From assembly GCA_020137815.1 (NCBI GenBank), contig CM035356.1, positions 3,410,001 to 3,474,000 of the forward strand: a stretch of DNA of 64,000 nt. Reading direction: 5' to 3'. The stretch is from Hormiphora californensis. Taxonomy: Eukaryota > Animalia > Ctenophora. Positions 50,017 to 62,383 of the stretch are shown one piece after another; the first letter of the stretch is position 1; each line of letters begins with the position of its first letter. The position numbers and the translations under genes are program-made. The notes beneath the pieces are model-generated. The model was not told where the DNA came from. It worked only from the letters and a program-made list of their open reading frames with translations, and did not search any database.

Positions 50017-50814
50017 TAAAACAATTTGTTTACCGTGCTCTCCCTGACACCCACTTCCTCTTCTTCTCCCCCTCTCCCTAATAATCCCAACACATGACTG
50101 TGCCCCAGTGTATTTTTGGTCTGTCTCAGTTTAAATTTCCCTCCTACTACTACACTACTACAAACTTTTCTTTTCTTTCAGGCAAACGTTGGCTGTGATA
50201 ATCTATAAAATGAGTTTTCTGTCTACTTGACATGTCAACAGTTTGTGGTGGAGCTGTAACAATGGAAAAACGTAAAACCCAAGTGCGGGGTATATTTTTT
50301 AAACTTTAATACGAGTGTTATTGACGAATTTTTTAGTTATTGAAATTCAAGAAATATAAAATTATTCTGAAGACTGTCGATAATTTATTTCGTTCTCGGA
50401 AAGTATGTCTTGTATCGAATTGTTCAGTACAGACGTGCATTGGAACAAGATTTTTAATATCTTCTCTGGCTGCTAATCTCACGTGCATTGTGTGTATTTC
50501 GTGAAGTCGGTTGTTTGATAGTTAGTATCGTGTCTGTTTTGTACTGTTTCTATGTCGTATCCTGTCCTTTTCATTTAGTGGTGGCCACATACTAACTAAC
50601 TTCATATTAGAGTAAGATGATGAGAGCGGAGAGAATTGTAGAGTTATGGAGTCCTACAGTTGGAGAGATTTAGATAGAGAGAGAGAGAGAATGTGTTTGA
50701 GATAGAGAGAATCGGAGTGAGAGTGATACCCTAAGATAGGGTAGCGACTGGCTAGTCAGAACTCATGCCAAGCCCACTGATGTCTAAAAATCTAAGTCTT
50801 GGGCACCTGCTGGC

Positions 50815-51074
50815 CTGTTACAATGCTCTGACCACAGTTCTCGCGGGCTCCGTTGAGAGAAACGAGAATGGGTCAGGCCAATGCTCTGACAGCTTTCTCT
50901 GGTATTCTCCTCTACTGTAGAGGAGTTGTTTAAAATAAGCCGCCATTTCAAATAGCCAGTCGCTACCCTATATAATGAGAGAATACCAGAGAAAGCTGTC
51001 AGAGCATTGGCCTGACCCATTCTCGTTTCTCTCAACGGAGCCGCGGAGAACTGTGGTCAGGCATTGCCTGACAG
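50815..51074. mobile_element. Inverted pair of GTCAG-GCCAATGCT-CTGAC elements acting as the arms of a 260-bp element
   Basis: 50815-50909 is mirrored by 50979-51074. Confidence 0.85.
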
Positions 51075-51428
51075 CAGAGAAAGAGGATAATATATTTGAG
51101 ATGATGAATTTTGAAGATATAGGTTCTGTTCGATATTTTTATAACCGTTAGTGGTCCCCGCCAGCTTCTGTGTTTTTATTTTAAAATCAAAGGGTAAAGG
51201 CTCTGAACATCTGGAAGTTCCCCCTCCCACAGATGCCGATCTAAGCTCTAACTGTCAGCTGAGATGGTATTAGGAGTCTAAATGGTAAAATTGAAGCCTA
51301 TTTTGGGCGGGATGTACATTGCATACGACATAATATCTTCGAGTTCCCACGACTCTCACACACATACGACTCTCACACACATACTAAATAATACTAAATA
51401 ATACATGATATACACACACTTCACACCA

Positions 51429-51594
51429 ACAGGTAGACCCCCTCTACTCGCCCAGTTTTCTAGACTCCTTCGCGCGAGAGAAATTTGGCGGGAAATCACC
51501 CGCGCGTGTCGTGGCGTTGTCAAGCGCGCGGCTCACAACTCGCGCGAAGGAGTCTACAAAAACTTGAATCGCGACCGGGTCAGGGGTTTACCTG
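51429..51594. mobile_element. Small nested-TIR element
   Basis: Inner TAGACTCCTTCGCGCGAG...CTCGCGCGAAGGAGTCTA (51461-51556) and outer ACAGGTAGACCCC...GGGGTTTACCTGT. Confidence 0.65.
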
Positions 51595-51959
51595 TCTGTC
51601 TGGACAGACACAGCTGTTCAAATTTGTACAGGGTGGGCCAGAAAGTAGAAACATGGAGCCACTTGGAAAAATACAATCCTCTCTCCATTGTACGGACTAC
51701 GGATCCACATTTCATCGTGTTACTCTGTCAGTACAGTTGACAGGCTGAAAATTGTTAGGAAAGGGTGACTATCTGTCGATCTCAATCCTCACGGGGACAC
51801 TTTTTCTAGTCAATAAACCGTGAAGAGTAGGTCACACTGCTCAAAGAGCTTGGTAGAGCGTCGGCTTAGTATCACCAACCAACCAACCAACATGTAAAGC
51901 AGATTAGATGTATAACTGTCAACGGGTTATTGTGCGTCTCAGGGATCAAATGCCCTTCA

Positions 51960-52280
51960 GTGCGGAGAATTATTCATTTCATCTTTCAGACGGTAGAGCT
52001 ATTATCCCTTCCCGTACTGCAGTTCGAGATCTTTGCGTTCTTCTTTCCTCAGACGGTTCATGGTCAGCTCAGATATCTCGTGTAATACCAGAGACGAGAC
52101 GTATTGCTGGCTGGACCCTCAGACCTCAGTGCATTCTGGTCCCGTTCTCGGGGCACCATGGTTACCTTTTACACTTACAGATCCCTGGTGCGTCCACACC
52201 TGGACTACTGTTGTACTTTTTAGTCCCCTACCAAGATTGGCGATATCAGTCGTTTAGAGGATGTTCAACGTGCCTTTACT
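51960..52280 (+). mobile_element. Decayed LINE reverse-transcriptase C-terminal fragment (continues noisily at ~54552-54830)
   Basis: VRDLCVLLSSDGSWSAQI..GWTLR and YRSLVRPHLDYCC..SP..IGDISRLEDVQRAFT are typical of the CR1/L2-type ORF2 C-terminus. Confidence 0.85.
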
Positions 52281-54541
52281 GGTGAGAAGAAGCCCGACCG
52301 GTGTTAAGCTTAAGGCACCCTAGAAAGGTAAGGGACCCTAGAAAGTTAAGGGACCCTTTAAGGGACCCTAGGAAGTTAAGGGACCCTTTAAGGGACCCTA
52401 GGAAGTTAAGGGACCCTTTAATGAGGTAGAACGAATCGTGAGCAGTACCCTCGTATCACTATCAGTACACATTGTAAGCGGTTCCACTGCTAATGAGGTA
52501 CACCGAATCGTGGTCAGTGAGCAGTACCGTGTATCGGTTCACATCTCTGTCTCTGTCTCTGTCTCTGTCTGTCTCTGCTCTGTCTCTGTCTCGTCTCTGT
52601 CTCTGTGCTCTGTTCTCTGTCTCTGTCTCTGTCTCTGTCTCTGTCTCTGTCTCTGTCTCTGTCTCTGTCTCTGTCTCTGTCTCTGTCTCTGTCTCTGTCT
52701 CTGAGACAGCGACAGAGACAAAGACATCGACATCGACATCGACATCGACATCGACAGAGACAGCGAAAGGGGCAGAGACAGAGGGAGAGAGAGATAAAGA
52801 GACTGAGACAGATACAGAGACAGGGAGACAGCGACAGAGACAAATACATCGACAGAGGCAGGAAGACAGAGAGAGAGATACAGAGACTGAGACAGCGAAA
52901 GGGGCAGAGACAGAGGGAGAGAGAGAGATAAAGAGACTGAGACAGAGACAGGGAGACAGCGACAGAGACAAAGACATCGACAGAGGCAGAGACAGAGGGA
53001 GAGAGAGATACAGAGACTGAGACAGAGGGAGAGACATAGAGAGGGACAGAGGGGGAGACAGAGGGAGAGACAGAGACAGAGACAGAGACAGAGACAGAGA
53101 CAGAGAGACAGAGACAGAGACAGAGACAGAGACAGAGACAGAGACAGAGACAGAGACAGAGACAGAGACAGAGACAGAGACAACGAAAGGGGCAGAGACA
53201 GAGGGAGAGAGAGAGATAAAGAGACTGAGATAGAGACAGGGAGACAGCGACAGAGACAAAGACATCGACAGAGGCAGAGACAGAGGGAGAGAGAGATACA
53301 GAGACTGAGACAGAGGGAGAGACATAGAGAGGGACAGAGACAGAGACAGAGGCGGAGACATAGGGAGAGACAGAGACAGAGACAGAGACAGAGACAGAGA
53401 CAGAGACAGAGACAGAGACAGAGACAGAGACAGAGACAGAGACAGACAGAGACAGAGACAGAGACAGAGACAGAGACAGAGACAGAGACAGAGACAGAGA
53501 CAGAGACAGAGACAGAGGGAGAGAGAGAGATAAAGAGACTGAGATAGAGACAGGGAGACAGCGACAGAGACAAAGACATCGACAGAGGCAGAGACAGAGG
53601 GAGAGAGAGATACAGAGACTGAGACAGAGGGAGAGACATAGAGAGGGACAGAGACAGAGACAGAGGCGGAGACATAGGGAGAGACAGAGACAGAGACAGA
53701 ACAGAGACAGAGACAGAGACAGAGACAGAGACAGAGACAGAGACAGAGACAGAGACAGAGACAGAGACAGAGACAGAGACAGAGACAGAGACAGAGACAG
53801 AGACAGAGACAGAGACAACGAAAGGGGCAGAGACAGAGGGAGAGATAGAGAGATAAAGAGACTGAGACAGAGACAGAGACAGAGACAGAGACAGAGACAG
53901 CGACAGAGACAACGAAAGGGGCAGAGACAGAGGGAGAGAGATAGAGAGAGAGATAAAGAGACTGAGACAGAGACAAAGACATCGACAGAGGCAGAGACAG
54001 AGGGAGAGAGAGATACAGAGACTGAGACAGAGGGAGAGACATAGAGAGGGACAGAGACAGAGACAGAGGGGGAGACATAGGGAGAGACAGACAGAGACAG
54101 AGACAAGACAGAGACAGAGACACCGAGACAGAGACAGAGACAGAGACAGAGACAAGACAGGACAGAGACAGAGACAGAGACAAGAGACAGAGACCGAGAC
54201 AGAGCAGACAGAGACAGAGACAGAGACCAGAGACAGAGACAGAGACAGAGACAGAGACAGAGACAGAGATGTGAACCGATACACGGTACTGTCGGTACTG
54301 CTCACTGCTCACGATTCGGTGTACCTCATTAGCGACGGAACCGCTCGCAATGTGTACTGATACGAGGGGGGGGGTACTGAAACCACGATTCGGTGTAACC
54401 TCATTAGCAGTGAACCGCTTACAATGTGACTGAGTACGAGGGTACCGCTCACGATTCGTTCTACCCTCATTAAAGGCCCTTAACTTCCTCAGGGGCGTTC
54501 CCTTAAGGGTCTTAACTTTCTAGGCCCACTTAACCTCTACC
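52281..54541. mobile_element. Foldback/Mutator-like element with modular TIRs, internal (GAGACA)n satellite and ~10-bp TSD
   Basis: TGCCTTTACT at 52271-52280 and 54542-54551. 52310-52700 is mirrored by ~54110-54535. The TIR contains tandem AAGTTAAGGGACCC subrepeats. Confidence 0.8.
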
Positions 54542-55529
54542 TGCCTTTACTGTAAAAATGTCCCTAAATTGGGGGGCTAACAGGCCTGATAAATGATACC
54601 CGGGAGCTCATCCCTTTCTACTTCACTACCCAATCGTCTGAGAGACAGGCCTGGGATGTTGTGGGGCGGCAGTGTAAAGGCAAGTGTGAACACTCTAAAT
54701 GAGGCTGTCTAACAAAACTTCATTTAAATAAACGCCTGGGGTCACAGAGTAGACACTACTCATATTACGGGTAGTCTCCTAACTGATCCCTATACACCAG
54801 TCAGATCGAACACAGTCAATCTCTGGTCAATCTCTTATGAAGGAGTACACGGACCTAGGATGGATAGAGTGGCAGTGGAGGTAACTTAGTGGGGAAAGCG
54901 ACAGGAGGAACAGGCCGGGGAAATGATGTAGCCCTGAGGTAGCAGAAGCCAGTGTGTGATACGAGGCAGAAATCTCTGGGATGAAGGAGGGTCAGGATAA
55001 GGGAGCTATCTCAATTTAAAGTGTACACACCGAATAGGGTGGTAGCAAGACAGGGATGATGGAGTATACTAGAGAGAGAAAAGGAGTGTCGAGTGAGATA
55101 AGGGAAATTCTGTGAGTAGAAGGAACCAGGATCATAAAGACTGGGTAAAGAAAGAACGAGGTGATACAGGGGAACAGTAATTATTTCGACAATTTCGACG
55201 TATAAGCAAAGAGGAAAGGGCAGGGAGCTGGAGGTCCGGAAGTACAGGGACGATAAAGATGAATGTTAATACATCTCTCCATGTCCATTTCGACATTTCA
55301 TGCTCCGTTGCCCTTTGTGCAGTGTCAACCCCCTGCCCTTGAATGCCCTTTCTACCCATCTATGTCCTTCTCTGTCCCTCCATGTCCCTGATCATGTCCA
55401 TTCATATGTTCCATGTCGCTCCAAGGCCATTCCCTTCTATATCCAGTGTTGCACCCTGTCCATAATGGCTCCATCTCCATAATATAGATAGGGGAGGTCT
55501 TATATGTTACCTGTATCCATGTCCCTTCA

Positions 55530-55850
<321 letters not shown>

Positions 55851-55873
55851 GGATAGAGACAGCTTTCCATGGC

Positions 55874-57351
55874 CACGGTGTCCCTTAAGGAGGTGAAACC
55901 TCGGCTAGAATAAGTTTTTTGGAGACCGGACTAGGTTAACTATTTTTGACGAGGAATCCGAAAAACATAAAATTAAATCGAAAACGTAGCGGTTTTTTTG
56001 CGTAAAAACGGCAAAAACTGTCATTTTCCAGCGATTTCGACTTTACCTTTCTAGAGATTTAAAAAAAATATTTCCTTACAAGATGTGATCTTGTGCTTCT
56101 ATACTAATAAAATACAATCGATTTGCTACAAATTGGTCCGGTTTGTGTGATTTGGCACAAAAGCTCTCTTTACTTGTGGCCCATCAAGATGGCCACTCGC
56201 AATATGTATTTGGGCTCCTGTGGCGCAGATGTAAACCAAAAGAAGATTATTACACACTAAAATTTGCCGTCTTCTCAAGGCGAACACCTGGTTTTTACTT
56301 ACGGCATTCCATTTCATGCAGGCGTGAGGAGTTACAGCTAAAAACTGGTACAGTGGGATTCCGGAAAAACCCCTACTTCAACAAACCCTAATCCAGATAA
56401 GATTTCGAAAAATATACATCTGCATACATGAAAATGAAGCTCAGGCAAATGCCAACGTGAATGCAAAAAACGGGAAGTGTCTAACTTATTTCGTTTAGAA
56501 GTATAGCCAAAGTAAAAGTGCTTATATTTGCCTTGAAAACACCCTCTAAAAGCCCGAAAACAGCAAATCTGTCTAAAAATGCAATACGATGAAATGTCAC
56601 CTCCGTGCACCAACTAGCCCTGTGGACAGAATTTGTTTGAAACTGTCAGAAATTGTCTAAAAGTATGGTTTTTAGAGTGTGTTTTCAAGGCAAATATAAG
56701 CACTTTTACTTTGGCTATAGCTTCTAAACGAAATAAGTTAGACACTTCCCGTTTTTGTCATCACGTTGGATTTGGCCTGAGCTTCATTTTCATGTATACG
56801 ATGTGTATATTTTTCGAAATCTTATCTGGATTAGGGTTTGTTGAAGTAGGGGTATTTCCGAACATCCACTGTACCAGTTTTTCAGCTGTAACTCCTCAAC
56901 GCCTGCATGAATGGAATGCCGTAAAATCGCAGGTTGTTCGCCTGAGAAGACGCAAATTTAGGTGTGAATAAATCTTCTTTTTGGTTTTACATCTGCAGCA
57001 CAGGAGCCAATACATATTGCAGATTGGCCATCGTGATGGGCCCAGTAAACAGAGAGCTTTTGACAAATACACAAACGCGGACCAATATTGTACAAATCGA
57101 TTGTATTTTATTAGTCTAGAAGCACAAGATCACATCTGTGAAGAAATTATTTTTTTTACATCTCTAGAAAGCGTAAAAAAGTCGAAAAATCGCTGAAAAT
57201 GACAGTTTTTGCCGTTTTACGCAAAAAACCGCTACGTGTTCGATTTTAATTTTATGTTTTTTCGGATTCCTCGGTCAAAAATACGTAACCTAGGTCCGGT
57301 CTCCAAAAAACTTATTCTAGCCGAGGTTTCACCTCCTTAAGGGACACCGTG
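55874..57351. mobile_element. 1478-bp palindromic non-autonomous DNA transposon, Chapaev-like (CAC..GTG ends, 4-bp TSD)
   Basis: TGGC|CACGGTGTCCCTTAAGGAGGTGAAACC...GGTTTCACCTCCTTAAGGGACACCGTG|TGGC. Arms are ~680 bp around a ~117-bp spacer. Confidence 0.9.
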
Positions 57352-57561
57352 TGGCCGTACCCTGTGATCCATCCAACCATATTATGTTACTGGAAGTAGG
57401 AGCATGTGCGAGAGAGGGAGAGTTACTGGGTGTGAAACTGTGAGTCTCACAGTCTAGTGTGAGACAGTGAGACAGATAGACATAGAGACAGTGAGACAGT
57501 GAGAGAGTTAGGCAGACAGTAAGTGACACAACTTTCCATGACCGCCCCTGTGATCCACCAT

Positions 57562-57594
<33 letters not shown>

Positions 57595-57654
57595 AGAGAG
57601 AAGAGAGATAGAAGAGAGAGAGAGAGAGAGATATAGAGAGCCTAGAGATAGATC

Positions 57655-57685
<31 letters not shown>

Positions 57686-58540
57686 AGTAGAGAGAGGAGA
57701 GGAGAGACATCGAGGCTCTCTAGAGACTCTCGCATCTACTTCGATATGTCGCTTGAGAACCGGGGCTGCTGTCGACGTTCGAGGGCGGAGACAGAGTCGA
57801 GTATGACGAAAGTCAGCCTATACTCTAGAGAGAGAACAAGATAGGATAAAATAGTGCTTGAGGGAGGCAGAGCCAGACGGTGGGCAGAGAGTATCAGATG
57901 GAATGAGACAGTGAGACAGTGTGACTGTGAGATAGAGACAGTGAGTAAGTGATACAGCTTTCCATGATCGTCCCTTGTGATCCATCCATTATCCAACCAT
58001 GTTATGTTTCTGGAAGTAGGAGCGTGCGAGAGAGGGAGTTACCGGGTGTGAAACTGTCACAGTCTAGGTGTGAGACAGATAGACAATAAGACTGTAAAAC
58101 AGTGAGAAGTGGAGACATGAATTTGACACACAATTAGAATTGAGACAGCATTCCATGACCGTTCCCTGTGAGAGGAAGTCAATGAGTGTGCAACTGTGTG
58201 TAGTGAGTCTCACTGTGTGAGACAGTGAGACAGAGTCACAGATAGACAGATAGACAGAAACAGAGAGAAAGTTAGAGAGTGAGGTAGTGAGACCGTGTGA
58301 TAATAAGACAGTGAGACAGCTGTCAGGCCAATCCTAATACAACAGTTCTCGCGCTCCTAACTGCAAGACAATAAAATAAAATAGGGTCAGCTAAATGCTC
58401 TGACAGTGAGACAGTGAGTCAGTGCATAAGACATTGACACATTGAGGCAAGACAGAGATAGCATTCCATGACCGTCCCCTGTCATCGCATCTAACTATGT
58501 TATTTTTCTGCAGGAGTGCGAGAGAGGGAGAGTCGGGATA
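57352..58540. repeat. Diverged tandem units (TTCCATGACCGTCCCTGTGATCC...) interleaved with GAGACAGT/GA repeats
   Basis: The unit core recurs at ~57533, 57958, 58150 and 58463, and split across 55861/57356. Confidence 0.7.
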
Positions 58541-59116
58541 GAGAGTGTGTGTGTGGAGAGAGAGTGAAGAGAGAGAACTAGAAGAGAGAAGAGAGAAGAG
58601 AGAGAGAGAGGAGAGAAGAAAGAGAGAAAAGAGAGAGAGAGAGCGAGAGCTACTACTAGCTATACTCATGTTTAGTGTCAACTCTCGACAACATTTCTAA
58701 TGGTGTATGCAGTAACTAGTTGTACATTTCATTGCCTTGGCCCTTGCCGGCGCTTAAAATGATTGGTCGGTCTTTATTTCCCATTTTCTTCTCAAGAGAG
58801 CATAAAATAAATGTGACTTCGAGTGTCTTTAAACAAACGCAACCGGAATCGTGTCTCTATCTCTCTAGAAAACCGGAGATATGCTCATTTGAAATAAATG
58901 ACAAAAAATTGCTGCGGGGGGTACCCCAGCAACAGCTGAAAAGCTGAATTTTCGAACCCGACGAGATTTACGAGGAACCACGCGTGCATTTTAGGCCCAC
59001 GCGCGCCTTTGTGTTTGCGCGTGCTTTTGTACGCTGATGATTCCAAATCTCGATACCTCCACTGCGTTAACATGTGATAAACGCGCAAAAAAATTCCGCG
59101 CACGACTTTGGGGGGT

Positions 59117-59264
59117 TAGTGGAAGCTCTTACGGTATTCCCACGACCGTGGGAAAAGAGAAGATAATAGAGAAACATACTAAGAGAGAGAAATTCCTCTC
59201 TCTTAGTATTTCTATCTATCTCTCTTTTCCCACGGTCGTGGGAATACCGTAAGAGCTTCCACTA
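59117..59264. mobile_element. 148-bp palindromic MITE inserted in another dispersed repeat
   Basis: TAGTGGAAGCTCTTACGGTATTCCCACGACCGTGGGAAAAGAGA is mirrored. The host repeat 58990-59296 matches 46179-46342 inverted, which lacks the insert. Confidence 0.88.
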
Positions 59265-61585
59265 GGTGAACAGTTGAAAAAAAATGGAGTATAGCCACGC
59301 AACCACAATGGCCAATTTGAGTAAACTCAACAACGGTAACTGGATAGAGAATCGATAGCCCTAACCGATAACCCCAAACCAAACCCTAACCAGACCCTAA
59401 CTGGATAGCCTAGAACAGTCGCGTGCCGTCGCGGAAGCGGAAACTAACGATTGTTAGCAAGGAGTGAAAGGCACCAAGATTTAACATTTTTTCCTTTGGC
59501 AAAAAACACAAATCAAAAAGCTAAAAAACACGCTGACGGAGGAGGGGGTTCGCTGTTTAAATCACGGGAATGTTGTATGTTTGGGGGGTGGTGAGGGGCG
59601 CGAAGACAATCTTCATCATAGCGCGTGGCAAAATACGCGCGCACATCTGGGGCGCGGAGTTCGTTTGCTACTACTGACGTTTGTTTGATCTGAAACTCAG
59701 TACGTAGAAAGGGGCCATCAACATGGTCTGCACTTGTCTGACACCCTAGGAGTCATTGTGAGGGCTCACACACTCAATGCGCCAGGAAGTGTTCTTGGTA
59801 GTGTGAGTGCAATGCAATCAGCACGAATAACGACCTCCCAACTAGAGGAGTGGTGGATCAGAAGCCGAGAGCAACAGGGACAGTGGTCGTTTTGTGAGGT
59901 AGGGGAGGTGTGTGTGAACAAACAAGCGACTCGTGATGGCGACTCCATAGAAAATCAAGGTGGGTGAACAAGAGCATGTGGTGGCGATGATTTGGTGTGG
60001 GGAAATAATCTGCAATGGCAAGAGTCAGACATGGACTGTGTTCGGGACTTTCTAAAATGCGGAGCTAGACAAAGTGGTGCTACGATCCACTAAGGCTGAA
60101 CCACCCCCCCCCCATCTATTTGAGAAGTTAGAGGAGCAACACTTCTCCCAACCCATTCGGTACACCCTATTATATGCATTACACAGACGTGATGGAGGGG
60201 CCCATTCGCTTGATACAAATCTCATAGGCGGCTTGTTATTGAGACTCCTGCTTTAGTGGGACTATTCATAGGGATACACACCATATTCACAGCGATCTCT
60301 AGTACCTCTATTTTGACGTAAGGGTTTTGAAACTCCTGGTAGCCCGTGCACCTGCCCCGGGCCTACGGGTGGGAACTCCCACAGGTGTAGTCGTTGTACT
60401 CTTTATTTAATCCGTTATGATCATTTGTGGGTGCAGGAGAGCAACTAATAACAAAAACAAAAAATCTTGAAGAAGATTGCCCAAAGCTTTTGGGGAAGAA
60501 AGGGTGTAGGATATGTCGGAGAAAATGTGTGCAAGAGAAATCAAGATTGAGGAAATTAAGAAAAGAGGTGGTGAATGTGTGATTATTCGATTGTGAATGA
60601 ATCCCGCCATGTTATGTTTTCCCTCATGTCTTTTCTTTTCTTTGCCAATTTGGTTTCTGATACTGCTTTAATTTCCTCTCTCCTCTCTCTACTATATTTG
60701 CTACCCACCCCCCCCCCCCCTCTCTATCTCCTTCCCTCTCTCTCCCTCTCTCTCCTTCCTTTTTCTATATTGTCTACTTCTGGTTTCCGGTTGTATATGT
60801 CCGAATTCTCCGGTCATTTAATTGCACAACAAATTCACCCGTAGCGTATCGAGAAAATCCGCGCATTTGTCCAAAAACGCCTCCCATTTTGGTTAATGAT
60901 CGATATTTAAATCTCTAACTCCCCCATTACCACGTATTCTGTGTATCTGTTTGGACATGTTTTGGTCTGCGTTCTTCGTGTTTCCCAGTTTCGGGTTCAC
61001 TGGTTGACTTGTTGATGGCGGGGAGAAATGGTTCATCTGTTTCCTCTACCCGCGACCACACCTTGACAGCCCCATGTACAACAAAACTGGAGGTTTAATG
61101 TTGTTATCAGTGCTCCCAGATCGCAAGAATCGGCTGCGGGCCTACGATAGGGGTTTGTCCGCACGCAATGTAAAAGGTAACATTCCTTGACGCATCGTGA
61201 CCCAGGAGGGGACTTATGTGTTCGGATACATGTGCTATATAGTTAATATAAGGGCGTGGTGTGGGGTAGAGCTGTGATCATACTCTTCCTGTATATTGAC
61301 ACATGACGCTACTCCAATCACCTAGTCACTATAAGACGAGGATCGACAATCGATATCTTTTTATCCAGTGCTATAATCGCTATCTACTAATGTGCTTTTG
61401 CAAAAAAACATAATTGCCCACGGGGGGAATGACATACGGGAGGGGGGGGCACGATTCCTATAATGGGGTGTTTGGCAAGTGTGGGTAATGCGACGCTAAC
61501 AATTATAGAAACAGCATGCTGCAGCATAACTATATTTTGTGGATATTCTTCTATGTTCTAGAAAGTGTTGATGTTCGCTCCCCGC

Positions 61586-62187
61586 AAACGGGCCTTAAAA
61601 CACACTTTATATCAAAACTGTCGTCTATAACGGTTCCTGTACAAATGAAGAACAACGGTAGAGAAAATTTTATCCAAGCAATCAAAAATACTCAGACAAA
61701 CACAGAAAAGTCAGGCAGTCGTTGTTCTTCATAAACCGCTTCTACCAAGGTCAGTTCGTCATACCGTAAAGAGTGTTTTTGTCGGTCCCTAAAAATCAGT
61801 CTACTACTAACTAACGGTCCTAATCAGGTGGCCCGCGTAAAGATGGGGTTTCCTGCAGTCAGACGTAAATCGGAAAACAGAAGGATGAGCGGTAGATCAC
61901 ATGGGACAAATCTCGAACACTCATAACAATGTCTGGAACACAATTCGGGCCGCTAGTGTCTTTCCCTGGGTGACGAAAATCTCCAAAAACAGGTTGGCCA
62001 AAATAACTGAATCGTCTGCTTCCCTCACTGGGGTGTCTGCGGGTCACTCTCTTATTCTGAATCGTACAGTTACACCTCACACCCAGCATCTGAATCGTCA
62101 AAGCACATACCATCACACACCTATCATCAGTTCATCAAAGTCACACGGAGAAGGCAAGATCTCAGCACTTCCTGTAGCACCAACCAG
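61586..62187. repeat. ~600-bp dispersed repeat, copy 2 (inverted), ~200 bp upstream of TEX9
   Basis: Reverse complement of 42649-43345 minus the 84-bp insertion. Confidence 0.92.
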
Positions 62188-62383
62188 ACTACTAGCGCAC
62201 ACCTGTAAACACGCTGCAAGGCACCCAGATTATAATCGCGCCCTTCAAAAGTTCAGAAGCAAATTTCGATTTTCGAAGTGTCCACAGCTCACTGTTCTCT
62301 GCTCAATTTTGTACTAGCAGAGCGACTAGCGAGCTCATTTTTTCATGTCTTTTCACTAAGCCATATCTTTCTTCAGCCTCAAA

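Noticed and set aside
52462-54312. Long ORFs of 530-616 aa (SL/SV/CL repeats)
   Set aside because: Translations of the (GAGACA)n satellite, open in several frames.
55874-55915. Full RAG recombination signal (heptamer-spacer-nonamer)
   Set aside because: The heptamer fits, but there is no convincing ACAAAAACC at 12 or 23 bp and the TSD is 4 bp, not 5.
59359-59401. Telomere-like CCCTAA units
   Set aside because: Only three degenerate, interrupted units, so more likely part of a repeat.
59700-61250. Cys-rich, possibly coding-derived sequence upstream of TEX9
   Set aside because: Stops in the frames I read and no motif I could recognise.
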